DNA of 46,293 nucleotides from the IMG/VR virus record IMGVR_UViG_3300020042_009326, positions 1 to 46,293 of that record. One strand, given 5' to 3'. Positions within the stretch are counted from its first letter, which is position 1. Every line of letters begins with the position of its first letter. Positions 26,549 to 35,953 of the stretch are shown piece by piece. The DNA is from a virus (Duplodnaviria > Caudoviricetes). A program made the translations under genes and the position numbers. The notes beneath the pieces were generated by a model. The model did not search any database and had not been told where the DNA came from. It worked only from the letters and a program-made list of their open reading frames with translations.

Positions 26549-28150
26549 TTAGAAAAGTCCTGACCTGCCGCCGGGGGAGCCTAAACCTGGACCTCCGCCG
26601 GGAGCATTCAGACCCAGACCTCCGCCGGGGGAGCCTAGACCCAAAACTGCGCCGGGCGTCTGCTGCTGGCCGAACGGGTTGGCCTGTTGTTGGCCGAATG
26701 GATTGGCCTGTTGTTGGCCGAATGGATTGGCCTGTTGTTGGCCGAATGGGTTCGCTTGTTGTAGGCCGTATGGACTCTGTTGCATTGCTTGTTGTTGGCC
26801 GAATTCGTTTGCCTGTTGTTGGCCGAACTGGTTGTACGTGGCAGCGGTTCGTTCGCCTAATGGACCATATGGATTGAACGTAGCAGCGGTCATGTAAGGA
26901 TTAAAGCCGGGCATCTGTTGCTGCGCCTGTTGTTGGCCGAAGTCGTTTGCTTGTTGTAGGCCGTATGGGTTCGCGGGCTGTGGGCCAAGCATGGCAACCC
27001 CAGGTGGCGGACGTTGGTTGGCCTGTTGCAGCGCCTGTTGCAGCGCCTGTTGTCCGCCGAACGGACTCAGTTGAGGTGGCGGACGTTGGCCGAACGCATC
27101 GAATTGAGGCTGGCCAAGCATGGCAACCCCAGGTGGCGGACGTTGGCCGAACGCATCGAATTGAGGTGGCGGACGTTGGCCGAACGCATCGAATTGAGGT
27201 GGCGGACGTTGGCCGAACGCATCGAATTGAGGTGGCGGACGTTGGCCAGGCATTGAGACAGCGGGTTGAGTTTGAGCCCTTATCACATCCTGCACTGTGT
27301 AATTTTGGGGATTAGGCGTTAGTCCAACAATAGCGTTTAGCATTTCTTTAGGCGATATACCGAACGACCCCTGTTGATTGCCCTGCATCTGTTGCATGGC
27401 CTGTTGGGTGCCCGGACCAAACGTGCCGAAGCCCCCAGGTAACGCAGTGGTGGGCATCTGCTGCAGCGCCTGTTGGCCAGGCGGACCAAACGTGCCGAAG
27501 CTCACAGGTAACGGAGTGGCAGGCATCTGTTGCATCGCCTGTTGGCCAGGCGGGGTCTGTTGATTGCGTTGCTGCGCTTCGAACTGCCGCATCATATCCT
27601 GCGTCTGTTGCATGGCCTGTTGGGTGCCCAGACTAAACGTGCCGAAGCTCCCAGGTAACGGAATGGTGGGCATCTGCTGCAGCGCCTGTTGTTGGCCGGC
27701 CTGTTGCAGCGCCTGTTGCCCAAACGCATTTCTTATGATCTGAGGGTTGCCGATCGTGCCGTCTCCACTGACTTGAGGCTGCCCGAACGCATTTCTTATG
27801 ATCTGAGGGTTGCCGATCGTGCCGTCTCCGCTGACTTGAGGCTGGCCAAACGTACCGACCTGAGGCTGGCCAAACGTACCGACCTGAGGTTGGCCAAACG
27901 TACCGACCTGAGGTTGGCCAAACGTACCGACCTGGGGCTGCCCGAACGTACCGGCTTGTTGCAGCGCCTGTTGGCTTAACGGGGCAACCCCTGGCTGACC
28001 GAACGTACCGACTTGAGGTTGGCCGAACGTACCGGCTTGAGGCTGGCCAGCCCCGGGCTGGCTAAATATGTTGGCTTGAGGTCGAACCGCCTGCATGATC
28101 CCCATGTTTTCAACATCGTCGTCGATTTCGCGTATTCTTTGTGTGCTCAT
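26549..28150 (-). CDS. FG-repeat, Q/P/G-rich low-complexity protein (533 aa)
   Basis: Open frame filling the gap exactly; GAGG RBS identical to the neighbour's; repeat units are multiples of 3. Confidence 0.8.
   Translation of the reverse strand: MSTQRIREIDDDVENMGIMQAVRPQANIFSQPGAGQPQAGTFGQPQVGTFGQPGVAPLSQQALQQAGTFGQPQVGTFGQPQVGTFGQPQVGTFGQPQVGTFGQPQVSGDGTIGNPQIIRNAFGQPQVSGDGTIGNPQIIRNAFGQQALQQAGQQQALQQMPTIPLPGSFGTFSLGTQQAMQQTQDMMRQFEAQQRNQQTPPGQQAMQQMPATPLPVSFGTFGPPGQQALQQMPTTALPGGFGTFGPGTQQAMQQMQGNQQGSFGISPKEMLNAIVGLTPNPQNYTVQDVIRAQTQPAVSMPGQRPPPQFDAFGQRPPPQFDAFGQRPPPQFDAFGQRPPPGVAMLGQPQFDAFGQRPPPQLSPFGGQQALQQALQQANQRPPPGVAMLGPQPANPYGLQQANDFGQQQAQQQMPGFNPYMTAATFNPYGPLGERTAATYNQFGQQQANEFGQQQAMQQSPYGLQQANPFGQQQANPFGQQQANPFGQQQANPFGQQQTPGAVLGLGSPGGGLGLNAPGGGPGLGSPGGRSGLF
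26660..26762. repeat. 24-bp coding tandem repeat (NPFGQQQA)
   Basis: About 4 copies read directly. Confidence 0.9.
27071..27247. repeat. 33-bp coding tandem repeat (FGQRPPPQFDA)
   Basis: About 3.5 contiguous perfect copies at 27131-27247 plus one at 27071. Confidence 0.9.
27723..27952. repeat. 63-bp x2 and 24-bp (GTFGQPQV) coding tandem repeats
   Basis: Read directly from the sequence. Confidence 0.9.
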
Positions 28151-28159
28151 ATTGACCTC

Positions 28160-30721
28160 TTAAAAAAGACCGGCTCTTTTTGCGCCGGCAGCAGTAGAAA
28201 CGGCACCTAGACCAATGCCCACGGCCTGTTGGAATGGGCTTGCCGATGGCTGGCTTGCCACGGCCGTGGACATCTGCGAAGACGGTGCGCCCTTGTAGAT
28301 GTCCGACAGAAAACCGGCCTGCTGATACGGGGCGTAGACTTTTTGCAGCTCGGTTGCGCGGCTGGCGTCCAGTCCTTGTTGGTTGAGGGCCTGTTGAGCC
28401 TGTCCGGTGTTGTACAGGAAGTTGATATCGCCCTGTTGAAGGGCCTGCGCTGTCTGGCCCAGAGCGCCCTGTTGCACGCCCAGTTGCCCCAGCTGCCCGG
28501 CCAACTGACCGAGGCCTTGAGCCTGCTGTTGGCCAATGCCAAACTGCTGCCCAGCCAACTGCCCAATGCCCTGGCCAAGGCCTTGGTACTGCTGAGCCTG
28601 CTGGCCATAGATGCCTGCTGCTGTTTGAGCGGCTTGGTTGCGCGCTTGGCCCTGCTGCAGCATCAGGTTGGCAATGTTTTGGTTGATTGACGCCTCTTGG
28701 CCCGCCAATGCGCCACCTTGAGACGCCAGGTTGCCGTACTGTTGCGCTGCTTGGCTGTAGATATTTGCTGCGCCCTGGCCCAACTGTGCTTGTTGCACGC
28801 CCAACTGACCAAGGCCTTGGCCAGCGGCAACTTGCTGCTGGGACAGGTTGCCGTAAAGGCCTGCTGCTGCTTGACCCAGCTGCGCCTGCTGCCCGGCCTG
28901 TGCACCCACCTGTTGGCCGATGTTGGCCAGCTGACCCGCACCGGCCTGTCCAAGCTGTGCGCGCTGTGCTTCCAGTGAGCCCAACTGCTGCCCTGCCTGC
29001 AGTCCCAATTGGCCTTGCTGAGCGGCAATTTGAGCAGCCTGCTGCCCCAATTGGCCCTGTGCCTGAGCTGACTGGCCGTACATGCTGCCGATGCCCTGCA
29101 TCAATTGAGACTGTTGGCCCGCTTGGCTGGCCTGAGTCTGCTGCAGCTGTGCCATTTGCATGGCAGTTTGAGCGTCAAATCCGGCTTCTTGAAACTGCTG
29201 CTGAGCAGCCTGCATGCCCAATTGACCCTGCTGGCCGGCCGTTTGGGTCTCTAACTGAGCGGCTTGAGCAAGCTGCTGTGCGGCATTTTGGCCAAGACCG
29301 GCCTGCTGTGCAGCAACAGAGGCCTGCTGTCCTCCTAGTTGACCAATGCCTTGCCCCGCCTGCATTTGTCGGCCCTGCTGCTGCTCAAAGGAGGCCATAG
29401 CGCCGGCCTGCGCTTGGGAGTAGCCCTGCGACAGGAGGTTGGCAATTGTGGAGGATTTTTGATCCATCAAATTGCGCTGCATCTCCGCGCGCTGAACACC
29501 TTCGCGCTCACCTCCAAACGCCCCTGACTTGACCGCCTGCGCTGCCAGGCCTTGGCCAGCGATCGCGCTCTGGCGATCCATTTGCTTCATCGTTTCATCG
29601 ATGACCTGCTGGCGGTAGGGGTCCATGAAGGCTTGGGCAGAAGCAGGGTTGTAGCCTTGAGTTGCGCCGGCAAGTTGGCCAATGCCCTGTTGAATCGTGC
29701 CCTGTGCTTGATTAAAGCCGGGCTGCGCGGCCGCAAGGCGCGACTGCTGCGCCGCCTCATAAGCACTGCCTACGCCTTGCCCAAAGCCCCCCTGCTGCGC
29801 CGCTTGACTGGCCATGCTGGAGGCCTGGGCAGCCGTTTGACCGGCACCCCGAAGGTTCTCGTTTGCTGCGCTGAAATCAGAGGGGCCTGCCTGCCGTGCT
29901 GCGTCCGTGGCCTGGCCAAGCGCCACGTTTTGGGCCACGAATCCAGGCTGACGGGCGGCCTGAGAGGCCATGCCAACAGCCTGCTGGCCTTGGCCGACCC
30001 CGTAGCCAATCATCCGATTGGCTTGGCCAAACTCAGGCTGTGCACCTTGCAACTGCCCGGCCGCCTGCCCCATCAGGGCTTGGGAACCACTGAAGTCCGC
30101 TGCACCTGAGCCCAGCGCCAACTGCTGGGCCTGCGTCAAGCCGCCAATGCCCTGTGCAATGGCTGCCGTTGCGGGTTGCAAGTTGGCCTGGCTGGACTGA
30201 GCCGCCATGTTCTGGGCCGTGGACAGCGATCCAAGGCCCGTGTTCAGGTCTGCTCGGGCGTTACCAAACTGCCCAGTGGTGTCGGATGCAGCTGCACGCT
30301 GCGCGGCCAGGTCAAGGTAGCCCAGGCCCTGGTTGATTTGCCCGATGCCAGAGGTGATGTTGGCCGTGGCCCCACCTGCTTGGCCCATGGCTTTTTGAGC
30401 GTCGGTGAACTGGTTGCGGGTGTCCGCCCCGCGCAGAATGTCGGCGGCCTCCCCGGTGGTGTCGTATGCGCCGGTCAACGCCTGATTGGCAGACGTCATG
30501 TAGGGATCAAAGGACCCTACCCCCGCGGCTTGGGCCGCATTTAAAGCGGTCTGTTGCGGAGCGGTAAAACCGGCTACCTGATAGCCAGGGAGTTGGCTAC
30601 TAAGTGTCGGGCGATTGACGTTGTACGCTAAGTCTTCTGCCTGTTTTAAAAGCCGAAGTTTATAGTCTTCAATTTCCTCCGCTTCGCGGATTATCTGAGT
30701 CTGAGTTGTGGTTTCTGCCAT
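28160..30721 (-). CDS. Q/G/A-rich DNA-transfer (pilot-like) ejection protein (853 aa)
   Basis: FMDPY.QQVID, GAFGG.REGV; approx. 11-residue QLGQLGQQQ repeats; small hydrophobic C-terminus. Confidence 0.7.
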   Translation of the reverse strand: MAETTTQTQIIREAEEIEDYKLRLLKQAEDLAYNVNRPTLSSQLPGYQVAGFTAPQQTALNAAQAAGVGSFDPYMTSANQALTGAYDTTGEAADILRGADTRNQFTDAQKAMGQAGGATANITSGIGQINQGLGYLDLAAQRAAASDTTGQFGNARADLNTGLGSLSTAQNMAAQSSQANLQPATAAIAQGIGGLTQAQQLALGSGAADFSGSQALMGQAAGQLQGAQPEFGQANRMIGYGVGQGQQAVGMASQAARQPGFVAQNVALGQATDAARQAGPSDFSAANENLRGAGQTAAQASSMASQAAQQGGFGQGVGSAYEAAQQSRLAAAQPGFNQAQGTIQQGIGQLAGATQGYNPASAQAFMDPYRQQVIDETMKQMDRQSAIAGQGLAAQAVKSGAFGGEREGVQRAEMQRNLMDQKSSTIANLLSQGYSQAQAGAMASFEQQQGRQMQAGQGIGQLGGQQASVAAQQAGLGQNAAQQLAQAAQLETQTAGQQGQLGMQAAQQQFQEAGFDAQTAMQMAQLQQTQASQAGQQSQLMQGIGSMYGQSAQAQGQLGQQAAQIAAQQGQLGLQAGQQLGSLEAQRAQLGQAGAGQLANIGQQVGAQAGQQAQLGQAAAGLYGNLSQQQVAAGQGLGQLGVQQAQLGQGAANIYSQAAQQYGNLASQGGALAGQEASINQNIANLMLQQGQARNQAAQTAAGIYGQQAQQYQGLGQGIGQLAGQQFGIGQQQAQGLGQLAGQLGQLGVQQGALGQTAQALQQGDINFLYNTGQAQQALNQQGLDASRATELQKVYAPYQQAGFLSDIYKGAPSSQMSTAVASQPSASPFQQAVGIGLGAVSTAAGAKRAGLF

Positions 30722-33505
30722 TTAGTTCCCCTTAACGGCTCCGCCTTCGAGCTTCTTCATTAACTTGTACATGCGAGCCGCGCCCTTGCGACGACTGCCC
30801 CCTCCGGCGTTGCGTACCGCTTTGGCGGTAAAGACAAACTCGCCGTCCGACAACATGGCTGGGATGTCGTCCGAAGTCCCTGTGCCAGGGCCGTTGATAG
30901 GGCCGTCGCGGCGAGGGAATTGCGTCATCTTGGTTGGACCGCCTTTGGCAAAGGCTTGACTGCCACCGCCAAAGCCAGCATCTCCACCCCCATAGCCATC
31001 AGCGTTTGCACCTGGTGCATCAGAGCCACCGCCATAGCCTTGGTAACCAAGTGACACTGATGAACCTGGGTCAACCTTTCCTGTTAAGGCAGCTAAATCT
31101 GCTGCCGTAAAAGTTCCATCTCTATATGCCGCACCCACTGGTATTCCCGAGGCCAGAAAACCACCGACGCCCGTAAGCCCCACTCGATTGGCCTCTCCAG
31201 CTAGGTTACCAAGCATTCCATAGGCAGTTTGTCCAGTGCCTTTGTTGTCAGTCCCCGGTCCACGCGCATCACCCGCATTGCTCCCACCACCGCTTTGGTC
31301 AAGCGGTTTTACTTTCTCAGGCTCGCGTGCCCGATAAAGTACTCTCTTCTGTGATGGGTCAAACACATTTCCTTCTAAACCATAGCCGCCGCTCTCTAAA
31401 AAGTCTTGCCGTTCTTGAGCACGTCGCCTACGTTCTTCGTAACCAGCGTCGCCACCCTCATGAAACCGTCCTATGATGCCGCCATTGGCCATGCGACGGG
31501 GCTGACCGTCTGGGCCGTAAATCAGTGGGACGCCGTACAGGCCTGCGACGTTGTAGGGTTGCGCTACGCCGGCCGGACTCCGGGTTATGCCGGTTGGAGC
31601 CGCCGTACCGGGTGCCCCAACAGGGGCAGTGCTGTACGAGGCGGGCACGATTGGGTTATACGGTGCGTTAAGCACGGGTTTTTCCAGACCATAACCGCCC
31701 TTCTCCATAAATTCTCGCCGTTCTTTGGCACGCTGCCTAGATTCCATGTAGCGCGCTCTCTCCCCGGCTGTCATTTCGTCTATTTCGGCAGGACTGGAGT
31801 CCATGCCCCCAAAGGCTGCTATGGCTGCCGTCCCCGCCGCCGCCAGCGGACCGTATTTCTGGAAAATGCCTGCGTTTTCCATGCCGGGTCGGCTAGGGGA
31901 AAGGTACTCGTCGTACATGCCCTTAGCGCCCGTGACCATCTTGTCGAAAAAGCCGGTGGGTTGTGTACCTGGGAGCATGCCAAGGTTGTTGGCATCCAGC
32001 GCAGCTTGTTGTCCCGGAGAGGAGAAACTAGAGGAAAAAGGCGGCGGGGTATTGGAGTTGAGAAGCGGCTGCTCAATCCCCGCGCCAAGGTTGTTGGCAT
32101 CTAGCGCACCTTGTTGCCCCGCGTTGCCGCCGGTAGACACACCAGGACGCAGGTTGCCGCTATAAGGCAATTCGGGGGCCGGTTGACTTAGCAGTTCCGT
32201 AGCCGTTCCAGTTTGGCCAATTTGACCAATTGGGCCAGGGTCGGAGACGCGGAAATTTAATTTGGGATTATTTTTAATAAAACCTGCCATTTCTGCAGTG
32301 TTATCTCCCAAATAGACGTCAGCTGCTTTTGGGTCCGTGTAAGCACGCTTAAACATGTCAGTTCTCGTGGCGTAATCTGCCTCATTCAAGCCGCTAGCTG
32401 GTTTACCCATGCTGCCAAGCGCCTTCATGCCGCCTGCCGATACGCCCGATACAAGCCCCATCTTCAAGGCGTCTGCTGTGCTCATGCCCCCTAGTTTGCC
32501 GATGCCTGCGCCGATGATGCCCGTGGCCAGGCCCGTGTTCAACGCGCCGCCAACTGCGCCAATTCCCGTGCCGGCTGCGCCAGGAAGGTATTGGCCAACA
32601 GTTGCAATGGGGTTTGCGCCCATGATCGTGCCGCCCCCGCCGATGTAGCCCATGGCACCAGAGATCAGGGCCTCTTTCATTGAGCCCCCGCCTGCAAGAG
32701 CGACAGTTCCGGAGGCCAAAGCAGCAGTTCCTCCACTGCCCAGCGCCGCGCCAATGGCAGTTGGTCCGAGGACCGTGGCCAACGCAATGGTGCCCAAGAT
32801 GCGCCCAACAGGGCTTTTGAGCACGTCTTTGGCGATGTTAACGACCCCTTTGACGGCGTCCCCAATGGCGTCAAAAACTCCACCAAGAAGGCCGCCTTTA
32901 AACTCCGGCAAGCCTGTGATTGGGTTGATCGTGCCAGAGCCGCCACGGCTCTTGAGCATTGCAGCTTCTTTAGGGTTAATGTGAGCCAGGATGCTGTCGC
33001 CGCCACGGCCTTTGGAGGCAAGGTACTGCCCGACATCTGCTAGGCCACCACTGGCCATGTTCATCGGCTGGAGGCCTTGAACAACGGGAGACAGGTCCAT
33101 GGGCTCTTGAGCGCCGGCGGCCTGCATCTGCTGCATCTCGTTCAAGACCGCCAGCATCGCGCCAATAAATTCTGGGTCGTACTCAGGGGGCATGTCCCCC
33201 TCATCGAGGACCTTTGCTTCAACCATCTTTTGGAGCAGGTTTTTGTAGTCGCCAGGATGCTGGCTGACGTACTCAAAAACCTGAATGAGGGCGTCAAGCT
33301 GCTGGGGCGTCAGCCGAAGGTCGCCGATATTTTGTCGCAGAGCCTCCTTGAGAGCGGCTTGTTCCCCAGGATTGACCATCCCAAGGGCGGTTTGCGCGGC
33401 GTCATACGATTCAGCGCTCGTCACGGTCGGCTGCGGCTGCCTTTGCGGCTGCTCGCCCTGCATGCCCATGCCCTGAGGCAGGGCCATGATTCCTTCATTT
33501 GCCAT
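30722..33505 (-). CDS. internal virion / ejection protein with GPG-D-GEF domain
   Basis: GRGGDSILAHINP.EA...GGSGTINP.TGLPEF; Gly/Ala hydrophobic stretch; C-terminal GPGTGTSDDIPAMLSDGEFVFTA. Confidence 0.75.
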   Translation of the reverse strand: MANEGIMALPQGMGMQGEQPQRQPQPTVTSAESYDAAQTALGMVNPGEQAALKEALRQNIGDLRLTPQQLDALIQVFEYVSQHPGDYKNLLQKMVEAKVLDEGDMPPEYDPEFIGAMLAVLNEMQQMQAAGAQEPMDLSPVVQGLQPMNMASGGLADVGQYLASKGRGGDSILAHINPKEAAMLKSRGGSGTINPITGLPEFKGGLLGGVFDAIGDAVKGVVNIAKDVLKSPVGRILGTIALATVLGPTAIGAALGSGGTAALASGTVALAGGGSMKEALISGAMGYIGGGGTIMGANPIATVGQYLPGAAGTGIGAVGGALNTGLATGIIGAGIGKLGGMSTADALKMGLVSGVSAGGMKALGSMGKPASGLNEADYATRTDMFKRAYTDPKAADVYLGDNTAEMAGFIKNNPKLNFRVSDPGPIGQIGQTGTATELLSQPAPELPYSGNLRPGVSTGGNAGQQGALDANNLGAGIEQPLLNSNTPPPFSSSFSSPGQQAALDANNLGMLPGTQPTGFFDKMVTGAKGMYDEYLSPSRPGMENAGIFQKYGPLAAAGTAAIAAFGGMDSSPAEIDEMTAGERARYMESRQRAKERREFMEKGGYGLEKPVLNAPYNPIVPASYSTAPVGAPGTAAPTGITRSPAGVAQPYNVAGLYGVPLIYGPDGQPRRMANGGIIGRFHEGGDAGYEERRRRAQERQDFLESGGYGLEGNVFDPSQKRVLYRAREPEKVKPLDQSGGGSNAGDARGPGTDNKGTGQTAYGMLGNLAGEANRVGLTGVGGFLASGIPVGAAYRDGTFTAADLAALTGKVDPGSSVSLGYQGYGGGSDAPGANADGYGGGDAGFGGGSQAFAKGGPTKMTQFPRRDGPINGPGTGTSDDIPAMLSDGEFVFTAKAVRNAGGGSRRKGAARMYKLMKKLEGGAVKGN

Positions 33506-33509
33506 GATA

Positions 33510-33564
33510 GTCCTTTCCAATTTTTGCCAGTAGCCGCAAGGGCCGCGCGCCGGGAAAGGACGCG
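33510..33564 (-). promoter_or_regulatory. leader with anti-Shine-Dalgarno pairing
   Basis: GUCCUUUCC is perfectly complementary to the RBS GGAAAGGAC. Confidence 0.55.
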
Positions 33565-33591
33565 AATTTGAGCCAATTATCCCTTAAAGTC

Positions 33592-33930
33592 CTAGTTCCT
33601 GTCCACCAAAAGCGCACTGACAACCACATAAACATTGCTCTGCGAAGATGTGACAACCAACGCGTCAAGCACCTCAAGCACCAAAGGGCCGGCGTTCCAG
33701 CCAGCTAAAAGGTCCACGTACTTGTTGGACGCCACCGCTTCCAAGGGCACTAAGTAGTGCGTTCCAACCCCAGCAGGGGAAAAAGTGACCGTTATGTTGG
33801 TGCTGCTTCCGTTCGTATTGGCAATCCAAATGGATTTGACAATGGCCGTCGTGGCGTCAGGAACCGTCAACACGGTTTCTGGAGTGGCTGCAACCAGCGT
33901 CTTTTCAAAGCGTTTGTATGCGTTTGACAT
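33592..33930 (-). CDS. small beta-rich virion protein
   Basis: TVP..TTAIVKSI.IAN and PLVLE..D.L motifs. Confidence 0.75.
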   Translation of the reverse strand: MSNAYKRFEKTLVAATPETVLTVPDATTAIVKSIWIANTNGSSTNITVTFSPAGVGTHYLVPLEAVASNKYVDLLAGWNAGPLVLEVLDALVVTSSQSNVYVVVSALLVDRN

Positions 33931-34106
33931 TACGTGCCTAAAAACCAGGTTTGCGCCTGGTCCTTGTCCTCTGTAGTAACGGGCGTGTAGGTGCTGTTAA
34001 GCTGAAAGATGACCTGCTCAAGCGAACGCACAAGCTGATTGAACTGTTGCGGGTCGTAGGCCAACGGCGACGCGTTGGGCAGGCGGACGTTGTTGATCTT
34101 GCTCAT
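33930..34106 (-). CDS. small conserved virion protein (58 aa, not in ORF track)
   Basis: MSKINNVRLPNASPLAYDPQQFNQLVRSLEQVIFQLN...WFLGT; overlaps at both ends. Confidence 0.75.
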   Translation of the reverse strand: MSKINNVRLPNASPLAYDPQQFNQLVRSLEQVIFQLNSTYTPVTTEDKDQAQTWFLGT

Positions 34107-35953
34107 CTTATTCCGTCCGGCTGAACATCAATCCGCATTGTGCCAAATCGCCACCATCCGTTTAACTCATCGCTTTCAATTCGCAATTGAATTTGTCTGC
34201 CGCGCGCACGTGTATTAACAAACTCCGTGCTCGGCGAGATGGGATAGGGGTCCAAGGAGCTTGGCGTTGCAGTGGCCTGTGGATAGGCGCGCAAGAATAG
34301 TCGCACTACGATCTCCCCCACTTGAAGCTTAAAGTCAGGGATAAACTTTTGCATAAGCAGCATTTGGTCCCCGTCACCAATATCAAAATAGCCTGAGTAC
34401 ACGAAGGCGTCAATTGCCTCCCCGTTAGCATCCACCCCGTCTTCTTGGTTGTAAAGATGGCTGCGTCCGGCTGTAAGTCCGTAGATTGTGGAAATAGTAG
34501 CCGCGTTGTCTAAAGGATCGTACTCGGTAGCCAGGGGTTTTTCAAACGTGCCGACGTCGGCCCAGGCCGTGCGGGACATAGAGCCGATAGACCAGACACC
34601 TTCCATATAGTTGTAAGTCACAAAGCGGTTTATATAGTCGCTGCTTAGTGACGGGTAGAACCATGTCACCTCATTAAACTGAGTGTTGATGCCCACGTTA
34701 ACAGCAGTCGCCTGTGCAAGATTAAAGTCTTCAAATACGTAGTCCTGCACCGTACAAGGAAGTTTTTTCACCGTACCGTCAAACATAAAGAACGCGTCCT
34801 TGCCCATCCAATACGATATACCGTTAACGTCAGCCGCCGCATGAGGACTAACAGTGCCGCAGTTGGCTCCTAGCTGCTGAAAGCCAAAGGTATACGGAGG
34901 CCCGAGGTATTGCTGGCCATGCAGTGCGGTGTCCGTCCAAAGCAGAATTTGGCCACGGGAGCGCAGTGCCGCGATAATCTCGTTGCCGTCCGTTAAACGC
35001 TGGCCGCCAGCTGTGTTGGTTGCCGTCACCACAAAGTCGCCAATGTCCTCTTGATCTGAAAACCGCACAAACATGGGGTCTTGAGTGGTTGGGGTGCCCA
35101 CCGTTTTCTCAGTGCCAAAACACACCAGGTGCCTGTCTGGAGTGGAGATCAGCGCATACTTGCTTTTGGTTGGAGCGCCGGCAATAGCCGTGGCCCGCAC
35201 ACTAAGGCCCGTGCTTGGCAACCATTCATAGACGCCGCCATTTACCAATTGAAGGACAAGGTCTTCTCCATAGGAGTCAAACTGCCAGACCCGTGCAAAC
35301 AGGGAAAGCCCCGCGGAAGCAGGACGGGGCGTCCCCCAAGTGCTCAAGCCCCAGGTGCCAGTGCCCCAGCCAAAGTCCACAAAACTGACATCGCTGCCAA
35401 CGTTGAGCTGATAGGTTGCGGTTGCCGTTCCAACCGTTGCTGCCGTGGAGGTTGCTGCAACCGGGGAAATGATGGTGTAGGCGTTGCTGCTTGTGATAAA
35501 TTGAATCTCAAATTCATTGTTTAAAGAAGCATTGGGTATGCCACCCGGGTTGCCTGTGGTAGCGCTTAAAGTAACAAAGTCGCCTACGATTGCGCCGTGA
35601 GAAGCGTCGTTAACAGTCACCGTGGTGCTGCCATTGACAGTGGTAAAGGTAACAGCGCCGGTGTCTCGGATGGGGGTAATATCGGCCCATGTGCCTCCGT
35701 AAAACACATAGACCTTGCGGTTGGTTCCTACAACAGCATAGGGCTCGCCGTTTAGCCCATTCCAAGTAAAAATGTCGCTGACTGCTCCTACAAAATTAAC
35801 AGCAGTTTCCCCGAAGTCCGTCCACCCACCTAGTTTTTCCGGCAGGCCGTAGCGAAACCGGACGTAGTCGCTGTCCACCCAGCCGCCTTCCGCACCGTAC
35901 TCGGTGTTCTGCTTGTCAACGCCTGGCTTGAAGGGGAGTCGTAACAATGCCAT
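34103..35953 (-). CDS. tail tubular B / P22 gp10-like stabilisation protein
   Basis: FKPG, W.D.D.VRFR.G.PEK.GGW, RFSDQE, EVTWFYP and RARGRQ; beta-propeller-like. Confidence 0.8.
   Translation of the reverse strand: MALLRLPFKPGVDKQNTEYGAEGGWVDSDYVRFRYGLPEKLGGWTDFGETAVNFVGAVSDIFTWNGLNGEPYAVVGTNRKVYVFYGGTWADITPIRDTGAVTFTTVNGSTTVTVNDASHGAIVGDFVTLSATTGNPGGIPNASLNNEFEIQFITSSNAYTIISPVAATSTAATVGTATATYQLNVGSDVSFVDFGWGTGTWGLSTWGTPRPASAGLSLFARVWQFDSYGEDLVLQLVNGGVYEWLPSTGLSVRATAIAGAPTKSKYALISTPDRHLVCFGTEKTVGTPTTQDPMFVRFSDQEDIGDFVVTATNTAGGQRLTDGNEIIAALRSRGQILLWTDTALHGQQYLGPPYTFGFQQLGANCGTVSPHAAADVNGISYWMGKDAFFMFDGTVKKLPCTVQDYVFEDFNLAQATAVNVGINTQFNEVTWFYPSLSSDYINRFVTYNYMEGVWSIGSMSRTAWADVGTFEKPLATEYDPLDNAATISTIYGLTAGRSHLYNQEDGVDANGEAIDAFVYSGYFDIGDGDQMLLMQKFIPDFKLQVGEIVVRLFLRAYPQATATPSSLDPYPISPSTEFVNTRARGRQIQLRIESDELNGWWRFGTMRIDVQPDGIR

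Noticed and set aside
27071-27247. 33-bp repeats as a CRISPR array
   Set aside because: The copies are contiguous with no unique spacers, lie in frame within a CDS, and there is no cas operon
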